Source: Bacteroidota bacterium | Lineage (GTDB): Bacteria > Bacteroidota > Ignavibacteria > UBA10030 > SZUA-254 | Direction of reading: 5' to 3' | Assembly (NCBI GenBank): GCA_035635475.1 | Contig: DASQAZ010000134.1 | Location: 1,249-65,248, forward strand | Length of the DNA stretch: 64,000 bases | In this document: in pieces, positions 1 to 9,505 of the stretch | How the letters are laid out: each line of letters starts with the position of its first letter | How positions within the stretch are numbered: the first letter of the stretch is position 1 | Position numbers and translations under genes: made by a program | The notes under the pieces: generated by a model | What the model was told of the DNA's origin: nothing | Databases searched by the model: none | The model's input: only the letters and a program-made list of their open reading frames with translations

Positions 1-444
1 GTGCACGATGTCCCGGGCCACAATTACAGGATGGACGGAATCCAGGGTGCGGTCCTGGGCGTCAAAATGAAGTATCTGAGCGGGTGGACGACGCGAAGGA
101 GGGAAATCGCCCGGTTGTACCGGAGCCGGCTCGGCGGCATCGAAGAACTCACCCTCCCGTTTGAGTCGCCGCGACTCGAGCAGGTCTACCACCAGTTCGT
201 TATCCGGACGAAGGTGAGGGCCGGGCTCGAGAAACACCTCAGCAGTGAGGGGATCTCGACCGCATTGCACTATCCTATCCCTCTTCACCTGCAGCAGGCG
301 TATGCCGGACTGGGCTACAAGAGAGGCGATTTTCCCGTCAGCGAAATGGCGGCGGAGCAATGCATCTCTCTCCCACTCTATCCGGAGATGACCGGGGAAC
401 AGATCGACTATGTCGTTTCCGCTGTGCAGCAATTCTTTCGCTAG
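1..444 (+). CDS. DegT/DnrJ/EryC1/StrS-family PLP-dependent sugar aminotransferase, C-terminal fragment (5' end lies outside the window)
   Basis: ORF is open from the window edge to TAG at 442-444. The translation (HNYRMDGIQGAVLGVKMKYL...ALHYPIPLHLQQAY...ISLPLYPEMT) looks like the conserved C-terminal half of ArnB/DegT-type aminotransferases. Confidence 0.8.
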   Translation: MHDVPGHNYRMDGIQGAVLGVKMKYLSGWTTRRREIARLYRSRLGGIEELTLPFESPRLEQVYHQFVIRTKVRAGLEKHLSSEGISTALHYPIPLHLQQAYAGLGYKRGDFPVSEMAAEQCISLPLYPEMTGEQIDYVVSAVQQFFR

Positions 445-538
445 CTGATTCCTCTTTGGAAATCCGGCAAAAAAAACCTATAATCAGAGACAATTCTGCG
501 CTTTCTCGTCGCCCCAATACAATCCTCCATTGTCGCTC

Positions 539-1858
539 ATGCGGATTAGCATTATTGGCACCGGTTACGTGGGTCTCGTGGTCGGGACATGCTTCGCCGA
601 GACCGGGAACGAAGTCACCTGTGTTGACGTCGACCGGAAAAAGATTCGCCTGCTGAGGCGGGGGATATCGCCCACCTATGAACCCGGGCTTCAGCCGCTT
701 CTAAAAAACAATCTTGCGCAGAGAAGGATATCCTTCACGTCCAACCTGAAGGATGCCGTCCGGACGGCAGAGGTCATTTTTCTCGCTCTGCCCACACCCT
801 CCAACGCCGACGGCGCAGCCGACGTTCAACACGTTCTCCAGACCGCAAAAAGTATCGGGAAGTACATCGATGCGTACAAGGTCGTCGTAAACAAGAGCAC
901 GGTTCCCGTGGGAACGGCCGACAAGGTGCGAGGCATCCTCTCGGAATTGACCGACATCGAATTTGACGTTGTCTCGAACCCAGAGTTCTTGAAGGAAGGT
1001 GCGGCCGTCAACGATTTTATGAGGCCGGACCGCATCGTCATCGGCTCAAGAAGCGAGAGGGCGATTCGCATCATGCAGGACCTGTACGCGCCGTTCATCC
1101 GTACGGGGAATCCCGTGCTGGTGATGGATGAGCGCAGCGCCGAGCTGACCAAGTACGCCGCGAACGCATTCCTGGCGACGAAAATCTCCTTCATGAACGA
1201 AATTGCCAACCTGTGCGACTACCTCGGCGCAGACGTCGACAATGTGCGAAAAGGAATCGGGACAGATCCGCGCATCGGCACCCAGTTTCTCTTTGCCGGG
1301 GCGGGATATGGCGGGTCGTGTTTCCCGAAAGACGTGAAGGCGCTGGTACGGACCGGCAAGGACTGCCGCTACGACCTCAAGATTCTTGCCGCCGTGGAGT
1401 CGGTCAACCGCCAGCAGCGCATGCGCCTGGTCGAGAAGATTGTCCGATATTTCGACAAGAAGCTGGCAAGAAAGATCATAGCCGTCTGGGGACTCTCGTT
1501 TAAGCCGAATACCGAGGACATGCGGGAAGCGCCGTCCGTTACCATCATAAAAGAACTGATGAAACGTGGCGCAACGGTTCATGCGCACGACCCGGTCGCG
1601 CTCACGGAGGCGCGGAAGTACTTTGGAACGACCGTCAAGCTCTTCAAGAATAACTATGCCGCTCTACGCAAAGCCGACGCCTTGCTGGTCCTGACGGAGT
1701 GGAACGGCTTTCGGCGTCCTGATTTCGATCGGATGAAGGCTTTGATGCGCGGGCACGTCATTTTTGACGGCAGGAACATCTATGATCCGCGCGCCCTGGG
1801 AGAAAAAGGGTTCGCCTATTTCGGAATTGGCCGGGGAATGGAAAATGGCAACACCTGA
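539..1858 (+). CDS. ugd: UDP-glucose 6-dehydrogenase
   Basis: Rossmann motif [16 protein letters not shown], catalytic-Cys motif GGSCFPKD, and typical length of about 440 aa. ATG at 539 is preferred over the TTG at 530 used in the ORF track. Confidence 0.93.
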   Translation: MRISIIGTGYVGLVVGTCFAETGNEVTCVDVDRKKIRLLRRGISPTYEPGLQPLLKNNLAQRRISFTSNLKDAVRTAEVIFLALPTPSNADGAADVQHVLQTAKSIGKYIDAYKVVVNKSTVPVGTADKVRGILSELTDIEFDVVSNPEFLKEGAAVNDFMRPDRIVIGSRSERAIRIMQDLYAPFIRTGNPVLVMDERSAELTKYAANAFLATKISFMNEIANLCDYLGADVDNVRKGIGTDPRIGTQFLFAGAGYGGSCFPKDVKALVRTGKDCRYDLKILAAVESVNRQQRMRLVEKIVRYFDKKLARKIIAVWGLSFKPNTEDMREAPSVTIIKELMKRGATVHAHDPVALTEARKYFGTTVKLFKNNYAALRKADALLVLTEWNGFRRPDFDRMKALMRGHVIFDGRNIYDPRALGEKGFAYFGIGRGMENGNT

Positions 1859-2810
1859 AACCGTCAGCGTCGTCACCGGCGGCGCCGGCTTTCTCGGTTC
1901 GCACCTCTGCGACCGGCTGCTTGCTTCCGGGCATATCGTCATCTGCGTCGACAACCTCCTCACCGGCGATGCGTCCAACATTGCACATCTCATCGGGCAT
2001 TCGCGCTTCCGCTTTCTCCATCATGATGTCACGAATTTTATTTATGTCGACGGTCCCGTCGACAATATCCTGCACTTTGCTTCGCCCGCGAGTCCCATCG
2101 ATTACCTCCGGGTGCCGATCCAGACGCTGAAGGTAGGCTCGCTCGGGACGCATAAAGCCCTGGGACTCGCGAAAGCGAAAAAGGCGCGGTTTCTCCTGGC
2201 CTCGACATCGGAGGTGTACGGCGACCCTCTCGAACACCCACAGCGGGAAAGCTATTGGGGGAATGTGAACCCCATCGGCGTCCGCGGAGTCTATGACGAA
2301 GCAAAACGCTTTGCCGAGGCGATGACGATGGCCTACCACCGCTACCACGGTGTGGAGACTCGCATAGCCCGAATTTTCAACACCTACGGCCCCCGCATGC
2401 GGATCGACGACGGCCGCGCGATTCCCACCTTCATGTCGCAGGCAATGCGCGATGAGGAGATCACTGTCTTCGGGGACGGCACGCAGACGCGGAGCGTCTG
2501 CTTTGTCGACGATCTTATCGATGGCATCTATCGATTGCTTATCTCCGGCGTGACCGAGCCGGTCAACATCGGAAACCCGGATGAGATCTCAGTCCTTGAA
2601 CTCGCCCGGGAGATTATCGCGCTCACCGGCAGCAGGAGCAAAATTGCGCATCGGCCGCTGCCGGAAGACGACCCCAGAGTCCGGCAGCCCGATATCAGCC
2701 GGGCATCGACGCTTCTCGCGTGGAAGCCAAACGTGAGCAGGAGGGAGGGCCTGAGCAAGACCTACGAGTATTGTAAGACCAGGATTCGCGTGCGGGAACA
2801 GGTCTCATAA
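1845..2810 (+). CDS. uxs: UDP-glucuronate decarboxylase (UDP-xylose synthase-like extended SDR)
   Basis: [12 protein letters not shown] Rossmann motif plus [26 protein letters not shown] and YDEAKR signatures. ATG at 1845 overlaps the ugd stop by 14 nt; the longer ORF-track N-terminus lies inside ugd. Confidence 0.85.
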   Translation: MATPETVSVVTGGAGFLGSHLCDRLLASGHIVICVDNLLTGDASNIAHLIGHSRFRFLHHDVTNFIYVDGPVDNILHFASPASPIDYLRVPIQTLKVGSLGTHKALGLAKAKKARFLLASTSEVYGDPLEHPQRESYWGNVNPIGVRGVYDEAKRFAEAMTMAYHRYHGVETRIARIFNTYGPRMRIDDGRAIPTFMSQAMRDEEITVFGDGTQTRSVCFVDDLIDGIYRLLISGVTEPVNIGNPDEISVLELAREIIALTGSRSKIAHRPLPEDDPRVRQPDISRASTLLAWKPNVSRREGLSKTYEYCKTRIRVREQVS

Positions 2811-2824
2811 GCTTTCCTCTCTCC

Positions 2825-3751
2825 GTGGCACGTCCCGCGGTATTCATTCTCGCAACCCTTCTCCTCTTCGGCCAGTCCCGGGCAAACGAGCCCTCAAGCC
2901 GGCGTTCCTCCGTCGACCTCGGCCGCACACTGTTCTACCCGGGCCTGCCTGCTGCAGACTCGGCGGCGCACCAGATCCTCTACGGACGCCTCGCCCTGGT
3001 GAGCGGCACGCTGGCAGGGTCAATGGTTGTGATACATTTCTACCAGCAGAGCGGCTGGTGGAAAGACAACCGGACTCCGTTCCACTTTCAGGAGGATCTC
3101 GTCTACGGCCTCACGGTCGACAAGATCGGGCATTTTTACGGCGCCTACCTTCTGGAGTTTTTTATCGGGCGATCGGTCGAGTGGGCGAACGTTCCTGAAG
3201 AGACCGCCCTCTTGATCGGTTCGGGGGGAGCCTTACTGTTCCAGACGTATGTGGAGATTGAGGATGGCTTCTCGACGTGGGGTTTCGACAGGGTCGATTT
3301 TGCCTCCGATGTCGGCGGCGCAGCGTGGCCCATCGCCCGGTACTATGTACCCTATCTGCGACACTTCGATCTGAAAGTAAGCTATCACTCTTCCGATCTC
3401 CTGGGCAATCCGGGCGGCATCGGCTTTAAGGGGCAGAAACACCTCATCATCGACGACTATGAGGGACAGACCTTCTGGTTGAGCCTCGCGATTCATGATC
3501 TCGTTCCCGAGCGGGTAGGGCAATACTGGCCCGACTTTCTATGTCTAGCGGTCGGATACGGCGCCCGCGAAGTGGCAGGACCCGACCCCCACCGTATTTA
3601 CCTCGTCGCGCTCGATCTCGACATGACAAAGATTATTCCCCGGGATACCGGCTTCCTGCGTGCTCTCGGCGAGCTGCTCAATTATGTGCATATGCCGCTG
3701 CCGGCAGTCCAATTCTCTCCGGGCGCCATATGGTATGGGGTGTATTTCTGA
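2825..3751 (+). CDS. Secreted or lipoprotein-like hypothetical protein (possibly DUF2279-like)
   Basis: GTG start, signal peptide (AVFILATLLLFGQSRA) and a 308-aa ORF with no competing frame. The segment DKIGHFYGAY resembles DUF2279 lipoproteins from memory only. Confidence 0.6.
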   Translation: MARPAVFILATLLLFGQSRANEPSSRRSSVDLGRTLFYPGLPAADSAAHQILYGRLALVSGTLAGSMVVIHFYQQSGWWKDNRTPFHFQEDLVYGLTVDKIGHFYGAYLLEFFIGRSVEWANVPEETALLIGSGGALLFQTYVEIEDGFSTWGFDRVDFASDVGGAAWPIARYYVPYLRHFDLKVSYHSSDLLGNPGGIGFKGQKHLIIDDYEGQTFWLSLAIHDLVPERVGQYWPDFLCLAVGYGAREVAGPDPHRIYLVALDLDMTKIIPRDTGFLRALGELLNYVHMPLPAVQFSPGAIWYGVYF

Positions 3752-3775
3752 TTTGAGGGAAACGGGGCCGATTCC

Positions 3776-3804
3776 TTGACTTTGAGGCACCTATTTTCTA
3801 ATTT
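3776..3804 (+). promoter_or_regulatory. Putative sigma70-type promoter upstream of bcp
   Basis: TTGACT (3776-3781), 17-nt spacer, TAATTT (3799-3804), about 74 nt upstream of the bcp ATG. Confidence 0.4.
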
Positions 3805-3877
3805 CTATACGCAATTTGAGAGCGCCTGAGGGCAATCCTCGAATCTCACAAACCTCAACCTGGTATAACCACGGGCG

Positions 3878-4336
3878 ATGCCAAAACTCAACATCGGCCA
3901 GAAAGCGCCGGACTTTTCGCTGCCGTCGACGGACGGCCGCACAATTTCGCTTGGAGATCTGCGGGGCAAGAAGGTGGTCCTTTATTTCTATCCGAAAGAC
4001 AGCACCCCCGGATGTACAAAGGAGGCGTGCGATTTCCGCGACAATGCCGATCAGTTGAAGCGGAAGGGTGCCAGGGTCATCGGCGTCAGCGCAGACTCCG
4101 TCAAATCCCACGACAAATTCTCGAAGAACTACGATTTGCCGTTTCCGCTCTTGAGCGATGAGAGCAAAGAAATGCTCAAGGCGTACGGCGTTTGGAAAGA
4201 AAAATCATTCATGGGCCGGAAATATATGGGCATTGTGCGAACGACGGTCATTATCGACGAGGAAGGAAAGATCGAAAACGTCTTCGAGAATGTTTCGGTG
4301 AAGAATCATGTGGACGAGGTTCTCGAGCAATTATAA
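3878..4336 (+). CDS. bcp: Thiol peroxidase / peroxiredoxin Bcp
   Basis: [19 protein letters not shown] peroxidatic-Cys motif, 152 aa. Confidence 0.92.
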   Translation: MPKLNIGQKAPDFSLPSTDGRTISLGDLRGKKVVLYFYPKDSTPGCTKEACDFRDNADQLKRKGARVIGVSADSVKSHDKFSKNYDLPFPLLSDESKEMLKAYGVWKEKSFMGRKYMGIVRTTVIIDEEGKIENVFENVSVKNHVDEVLEQL

Positions 4337-4345
4337 GGAGATTTC

Positions 4346-5002
4346 ATGAACACCAGCCAAAAGCTCGCCGCTGAATTCATCGGCACGTTCACGCTGACCT
4401 TCATCGGGGTTTCTTCCATCTGTGTGAATGCCGGGCTCCCCGGAGTTGCCCTGGCGCACGGGCTGGCGATTGCCGTCATGGTCGCCGCCCTGGGGTATAT
4501 TTCCGGCGGGTTCTTTAATCCGGCGGTCACGTTTGGCGCGTGGGTGGGCGGCAAGATCGATGCGAAGAACGCGATTCTGTATTCCGCTGCGCAGCTTTCC
4601 GGCGCTCTCGTGGGAGCGCTCGCGGTCAGGGCTGTTTTTCCCGCATCGACGGTCGAACTCTTTAAGTTGGGGACACCGATGCTCGCTCCTGATGTCGGAG
4701 TCGGAGCGGGAATCCTCATAGAGTTGATTCTGACTTTCCTCCTCGTCCTGGTGGTGTACGGTTCCGCCATCGACTCGCGCGGGCCGGGGATGGGGGGCTT
4801 ATTTGTCGGCCTCACAATCACGGCCGATATTCTCGCCGGGGGCCCGATGACCGGCGCCTCCATGAATCCTGCCCGAACATTCGGCCCGGCCCTTGCGGGC
4901 GGCTACTGGGAAAATCATCTTGTGTACTGGATCGGCCCGATGCTGGGGGCCGGGCTTGCGGCGCTCGTCTATAAGAAACTGCTCGCCAAACCGGAGGGCT
5001 GA
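4346..5002 (+). CDS. MIP-family aquaporin channel
   Basis: Two NPA boxes (FFNPAVTFG and SMNPARTFG), six predicted hydrophobic helices, and an AAGGAG ribosome-binding site 7 nt upstream of the ATG. Confidence 0.92.
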   Translation: MNTSQKLAAEFIGTFTLTFIGVSSICVNAGLPGVALAHGLAIAVMVAALGYISGGFFNPAVTFGAWVGGKIDAKNAILYSAAQLSGALVGALAVRAVFPASTVELFKLGTPMLAPDVGVGAGILIELILTFLLVLVVYGSAIDSRGPGMGGLFVGLTITADILAGGPMTGASMNPARTFGPALAGGYWENHLVYWIGPMLGAGLAALVYKKLLAKPEG

Positions 5003-5028
5003 AACGTGCTTGAAACTTTGCAGCAGGC

Positions 5029-5472
5029 GTGGGTGTTGTGAAAACGAACAAGCCTCAGGAGGGATCGACGGTTTACTTAACGCGCAAAGAGCACTTTTCC
5101 GCGTCGCACCGATTGTTTAACCCGAAATTTTCCGAGGAAGAAAATCTCGCGACCTACGGCAAGTGTGCCTACCCGAACGGCCACGGGCACAATTACGAGA
5201 TCGACGTGACCGTCGCGGGTGAGCCGGGCCGCGATACCGGAATGATTCTGGATCTTAAGAAGCTTTCCGACTTGATTGAAGAGGAGATTCTGTCGAAAGT
5301 CGATCATAAACATTTGAATTTAGACGTGGATTTTCTCCACGGGATTATCCCCACCGCGGAAAATATCGCGATTGAATTCTGGCGCGTCCTTTGCCCCAAG
5401 CTCACCGCGGGCCGATTGTATTCCATACGGGTTTTTGAAACTCCAAATAATTTCGCCGAATACCGAGGTTAA
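5029..5472 (+). CDS. 6-pyruvoyl-tetrahydropterin synthase (PTPS/QueD superfamily, animal-like PTPS type)
   Basis: [40 protein letters not shown] and [13 protein letters not shown] closely follow the metazoan PTPS pattern (active-site Cys plus His triad). Start is uncertain: GTG at 5029 or GTG at 5038. Confidence 0.88.
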   Translation: MGVVKTNKPQEGSTVYLTRKEHFSASHRLFNPKFSEEENLATYGKCAYPNGHGHNYEIDVTVAGEPGRDTGMILDLKKLSDLIEEEILSKVDHKHLNLDVDFLHGIIPTAENIAIEFWRVLCPKLTAGRLYSIRVFETPNNFAEYRG

Positions 5473-5474
5473 TC

Positions 5475-6056
5475 ATGGAAGAAGAATTGCTGAAAACGAC
5501 GACCATTGAGGAAGCTGTTCGGGAGATCCTGAGAACGGTGGGGGAGGACCCTCTCCGGGAGGGACTGCTCCAGACGCCGCGCCGGGTGGCGGAATCGCTG
5601 CAGTTTCTCACCAGCGGCTACGGCCGGGACATCCGCTCGGTACTGAATGGAGCAATCTTTTCGGAGAAGTACAGCGAGATGGTCATCGTGAAGGACATCG
5701 ATTTCTTCAGCTTGTGCGAACACCATCTGCTGCCATTCTACGGAAAGGCCCATGTCGCGTATATACCGAACGGCAAAATCCTCGGGTTAAGCAAGCTCCC
5801 CCGGCTCGTCGAGGTGTTCAGCCGCAGACTGCAGGTCCAGGAACGATTGACGCAGCAGATCGCCGATACACTCTTTGAAGCGCTCGAACCGGCGGGTGTG
5901 GGCGTCGTTGTCGAGGCGCGCCATCTCTGCATGATTATGCGCGGGGTGGAAAAACAGAATTCCGCGGCCACGACGAGCGCGATGCTCGGGTCGTTCCGGG
6001 AGGACGACCGGACCCGAAATGAGTTCCTGAATCTCGTCTCGATCAAACTGACCTGA
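5475..6056 (+). CDS. folE: GTP cyclohydrolase I
   Basis: [22 protein letters not shown] and [15 protein letters not shown] motifs; 2-nt gap after the PTPS gene. Confidence 0.94.
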   Translation: MEEELLKTTTIEEAVREILRTVGEDPLREGLLQTPRRVAESLQFLTSGYGRDIRSVLNGAIFSEKYSEMVIVKDIDFFSLCEHHLLPFYGKAHVAYIPNGKILGLSKLPRLVEVFSRRLQVQERLTQQIADTLFEALEPAGVGVVVEARHLCMIMRGVEKQNSAATTSAMLGSFREDDRTRNEFLNLVSIKLT

Positions 6057-6057
6057 G

Positions 6058-6801
6058 ATGAGAGAGCGTGCGGCTGATCTCCGCCTCCGTCGCCCGGTCG
6101 TCTGGGTCGTGGGGGCGTCACGCGGTATCGGTCGCGAGATCGCCGGCCGGTTTGCGGCCATCGGATGTGAAGTCTGCCTCTCCTCGCGCAATTCCTCGGA
6201 CCTCGAGTCTGCCGTCCGCCAGATCAGGCGGCTGGGGGGCAGGGCGCATTCATTTCCCTGTGACATCAGGAAGATCAACTCGGTTTCATCCACGGCCCGT
6301 CGCATCCGGCACGCCGTCGGCGACGTCGAGGTGCTCGTCAACAATGCCGGCATTACCGTCTTCAAGACGTTTATTAAAACTTCCCTGAAGGAATTCAGCG
6401 CCATCCTCGACACAAATCTATTGGGGCAGATCGCGTCGATCAAGGCTGTCTTACCCTCGATGGTGAGGCGAAGGGGAGGGCACATATTCAATATTCTATC
6501 CAATGCCGCGATCAAGACGTTCGAGGGCTCCTCGGCATACACGGCGGCGAAGGCCGGGATGCTCGGCCTGGGAAAAGTTCTCAGGGAAGAGGTGAAGGCT
6601 CATCACGTCAAAGTTGTGAACATCCTCCCCGGGGCGACGGAAACCAGGATGTGGAGCGCGACTCTACGGAAGAAGTATTCATACCGGATGATGAAGCCGT
6701 CGAGCGTCGCTGATGCGGTGCTCGCCGTCTACCGGATGCCGGACGACGTCGTGGTCGACGAGATGGTGATTCGCCCGATGCTGGGCGACCTCGGGGGATA
6801 G
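6058..6801 (+). CDS. Short-chain dehydrogenase/reductase (candidate sepiapterin/pteridine reductase)
   Basis: GASRGIG cofactor motif, NNAG, and a YxxxK catalytic motif (YTAAK). Starts 1 nt after the folE stop. Confidence 0.8.
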   Translation: MRERAADLRLRRPVVWVVGASRGIGREIAGRFAAIGCEVCLSSRNSSDLESAVRQIRRLGGRAHSFPCDIRKINSVSSTARRIRHAVGDVEVLVNNAGITVFKTFIKTSLKEFSAILDTNLLGQIASIKAVLPSMVRRRGGHIFNILSNAAIKTFEGSSAYTAAKAGMLGLGKVLREEVKAHHVKVVNILPGATETRMWSATLRKKYSYRMMKPSSVADAVLAVYRMPDDVVVDEMVIRPMLGDLGG

Positions 6802-6815
6802 ACGATGCAGTATAG

Positions 6816-7538
6816 ATGATGCTGAAGGATAAAGTAGCGGTTGTCACCGGCTCGGGACGCGGAATCGGGAAAGCGATCGCTCTTGCGCTGGCCCGGGAGG
6901 GAGCCCGAGTGGTCGTTGCCGCCCGGACGCTGACGGAGATTAATGCCGTGGCCAGGGAGATCGAGGCCGTTGGCACAGCGGCATTCCCGGTCCGGACCGA
7001 TGTCTCGCAGGAATTTGATGTCAACATGCTGGTCTCCAAGACGGTCCAGAAGTGGGGCGCCATCGATATACTTATTAATAATGCCGGCGTCGGAACCTTT
7101 GCGAAGGTTGTCGATCTGGCGGCGAGCGAGTTCGACAAGATGGTCAGGGTGAACATGCGGGGCGTTTTCCTCTGCGCGCGTGCCGTGGTTCCTCACATGG
7201 TGCAAAAGAATTCGGGAGACATCGTCAACGTCGCTTCCCTCGCCGGCAGGAATGCGTTCGTCGGAGGGGCGGCATATTGCGCGACCAAGTGGGGACTGAT
7301 CGGATTTGCCCGCTGCCTGATGCTCGAAGTGCGCACGCACAACATCCGCGTCATTACGGTCTGTCCCGGATCGGTGGACACCGGCTTCGGCGGCGAGAAG
7401 GATGAACTCGCTCACCGGAGCTCGGGTGATATCCCCCAGGCGGAGGATATTGCCCGGGTCGTCGTCGATGCGCTGCGGATGCCAAGGAATGTCATGGTGA
7501 GCGAGGTGGATGTTCGTCCGACAAATCCCAAGCACTGA
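6816..7538 (+). CDS. Short-chain dehydrogenase/reductase (FabG-like; second candidate pteridine reductase)
   Basis: VTGSGRGIGKAIA, NNAGV and YCATK motifs; 240 aa. Confidence 0.85.
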   Translation: MMLKDKVAVVTGSGRGIGKAIALALAREGARVVVAARTLTEINAVAREIEAVGTAAFPVRTDVSQEFDVNMLVSKTVQKWGAIDILINNAGVGTFAKVVDLAASEFDKMVRVNMRGVFLCARAVVPHMVQKNSGDIVNVASLAGRNAFVGGAAYCATKWGLIGFARCLMLEVRTHNIRVITVCPGSVDTGFGGEKDELAHRSSGDIPQAEDIARVVVDALRMPRNVMVSEVDVRPTNPKH

Positions 7539-7552
7539 GGAGATACGGAGCG

Positions 7553-8539
7553 GTGGCGGAGAAAAAAGTCGGGCAGGTTATCTACAAGCTCACTTTCTCA
7601 GACATTCTGGAGCTCTTTCGTCTCGCGCCCGAGGCCGGGAGCCGTTTCCCGGAATACAAGGCGGGCCAGTACATCGCCCTCTCGCGAGACAGCTGTAAGC
7701 TCACGAAGAAAGTTGTGGGTCCGGACGGGAAGATAACGTATGTCTACGATCTCGATGAGTCGGGAAAACCAAAGAAGGGGCCGGTGACACACTCCTACTC
7801 CATCTCCTCGGCGCCCTTCGAAACGCAGGAGGGCGGATACCTTGAATTTTACGTCGTGCTTGAAATGATCGAGACGGGCACGCCCGGACGGCTCTCGGAA
7901 TCCCTGTTCAAGCTGGACCCGGAAACCGACAACCGCATCACCTATATGAACAAAATTGCGGGCGATTTCACGCTCGATAAGAGGGCGGCTGCGGACCGGA
8001 ATGTGGTGATGGTCGGGACGGGGACCGGCCTCGCTCCTTTTGCGTCGATGATCAAGCAGGTGAATTTTGAAGCAGGGCGGGGCTCCCGTCCCGATAAGCT
8101 GTTTACGCTCATCCATGCCAACCGGACACGCGAAGAGCTCGGCTATCACGGGCAGCTGCTCGAGATCGAGGCCTCAAAGAAGTTTGATTTTGTCTATCTT
8201 CCCTCGGTCAGCCGCCCCAATCCACAAGTGCTCGCCGATTCGTCGCTCGGAAAGGGACGAGCGAACAACATCCTCCGGCACATCCTGGGCATGGAATTGA
8301 AAGAAGAAGAAGAGTTTCGGCGGGCGGTTGAAGCGGGAGGGGATTCTGCAAAAGCAAAGGCGGCCCTGGAAAAAACAGTCAAACCCGTCTTGCCCCGGCA
8401 CCTTTCCCGCGAGCTGCTTCTCGGAAGAATGGACCCGCCACAGACCGTGATCATCACGTGCGGAAATCCGGCCGGCATGGCCGATATTCAATATATAGCC
8501 AATACAAACAAAATCCGATTCGAAAAAGAAGACTGGTAA
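7553..8539 (+). CDS. Ferredoxin-NADP reductase-like FAD/NAD(P)-binding oxidoreductase
   Basis: FNR-type layout: an FAD-binding segment (HSYSISSAP, an RxYS-like motif) followed by NAD(P)-binding MVGTGTGLAPFASM. GTG start with GAGGAG upstream. Confidence 0.75.
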   Translation: MAEKKVGQVIYKLTFSDILELFRLAPEAGSRFPEYKAGQYIALSRDSCKLTKKVVGPDGKITYVYDLDESGKPKKGPVTHSYSISSAPFETQEGGYLEFYVVLEMIETGTPGRLSESLFKLDPETDNRITYMNKIAGDFTLDKRAAADRNVVMVGTGTGLAPFASMIKQVNFEAGRGSRPDKLFTLIHANRTREELGYHGQLLEIEASKKFDFVYLPSVSRPNPQVLADSSLGKGRANNILRHILGMELKEEEEFRRAVEAGGDSAKAKAALEKTVKPVLPRHLSRELLLGRMDPPQTVIITCGNPAGMADIQYIANTNKIRFEKEDW

Positions 8540-8573
8540 GTCTGCCGGCGGGCGAATACGGTGAACCAACGCG

Positions 8574-8819
8574 TCAGCTTTTAAGGCCGAGGTCGGAATA
8601 CAGGCTGAGAACGCAGTCACGGCAGAAGTGGAAGAGTCGATAGTCGCCGACCTGGCGTGTGATCATTCGGCTTTCCTCGAACGGCCGCAGACAGAGGGAA
8701 CATTTCCGGGAATTGGCATTTTCCTGATTTTTCCCGCCTCGTCCCAATAATTTCACGCCGGCAAAGGCGACCACCGTCAGGAGAAAAAGGAACACCACCG
8801 CAAGAATTGTTACCGCCAT
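8574..8819 (-). CDS. Small membrane-anchored zinc-ribbon protein (hypothetical)
   Basis: 81 aa with an N-terminal TM helix (VTILAVVFLFLLTVVAFAGV) followed by CSLC...FCRDC cysteine pairs. Starts 3 nt after the O-methyltransferase stop. Confidence 0.5.
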   Translation of the reverse strand: MAVTILAVVFLFLLTVVAFAGVKLLGRGGKNQENANSRKCSLCLRPFEESRMITRQVGDYRLFHFCRDCVLSLYSDLGLKS

Positions 8820-8822
8820 ACT

Positions 8823-9449
8823 CTACAGCTTGACGCTGACCGACACCCCGTCGCGCAGGGGGATAATTGTCGTGAACAGCTCCTTGGACGAGTAGATCAG
8901 CCGGTTGTAGGTGAGGATCCCCGCTGTGTCGCTGTCCGGTTTGTGGTTGAGGACCTTGCCGCTCCAGAGCGCGTTGTCTGTGATAAGCAGCCCGCCCCTC
9001 CGGAGGCGGGGCACGGCCTTCCGGAATGCCCGGGGATACTGGTGCTTGTCGATGTCGTTGAAAATGATATCAAATTGACCCTCGACCTCGTCGATGAGCT
9101 TCAGGGCATCGCCGACGAGGAACGTAATCTTGCCGGCGATCTTGCCCCGATGAAAATAGACCTGAGCGTGCTCCGCATTATCCGGATTCCCATCGGTGCA
9201 GATCACACGGCCGTCCTTGCCGAGGGCTTTCGCGAACCAGTACGCAGAATAACCGAATCCGGAACCGAGCTCAAGAATCCGCTCTGCGCGCGACATCTTC
9301 GCGAACTGATACAGGAGCCGGCCGACCAGCGGGCCGACGACGGGGAAGTTTCTGGCCAGGGCGTATTGCTCCATGTCTGCGAGCGTGTCATCCCGATCGG
9401 GCGTGACGTTGAGGAGGTACTCGACAATATGAGCATTGACGATGTCCAT
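8823..9449 (-). CDS. Class I SAM-dependent O-methyltransferase (caffeoyl-CoA OMT-like)
   Basis: SAM-binding motif ILELGSGFGYSA, acidic motif FNDIDK, 208 aa. Confidence 0.85.
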   Translation of the reverse strand: MDIVNAHIVEYLLNVTPDRDDTLADMEQYALARNFPVVGPLVGRLLYQFAKMSRAERILELGSGFGYSAYWFAKALGKDGRVICTDGNPDNAEHAQVYFHRGKIAGKITFLVGDALKLIDEVEGQFDIIFNDIDKHQYPRAFRKAVPRLRRGGLLITDNALWSGKVLNHKPDSDTAGILTYNRLIYSSKELFTTIIPLRDGVSVSVKL

Positions 9450-9505
9450 TTTTTAATATAGGAAGAATCGCCGGAAAGTCAAACGGAACAACATGAGGAC
9501 AGATC

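Noticed and set aside
6729-7535. 268-aa minus-strand ORF
   Set aside because: It lies entirely antisense to the well-supported SDR gene (6816-7538). The translation is Arg/Gly/Pro-rich with no motifs, a typical shadow ORF in high-GC DNA.
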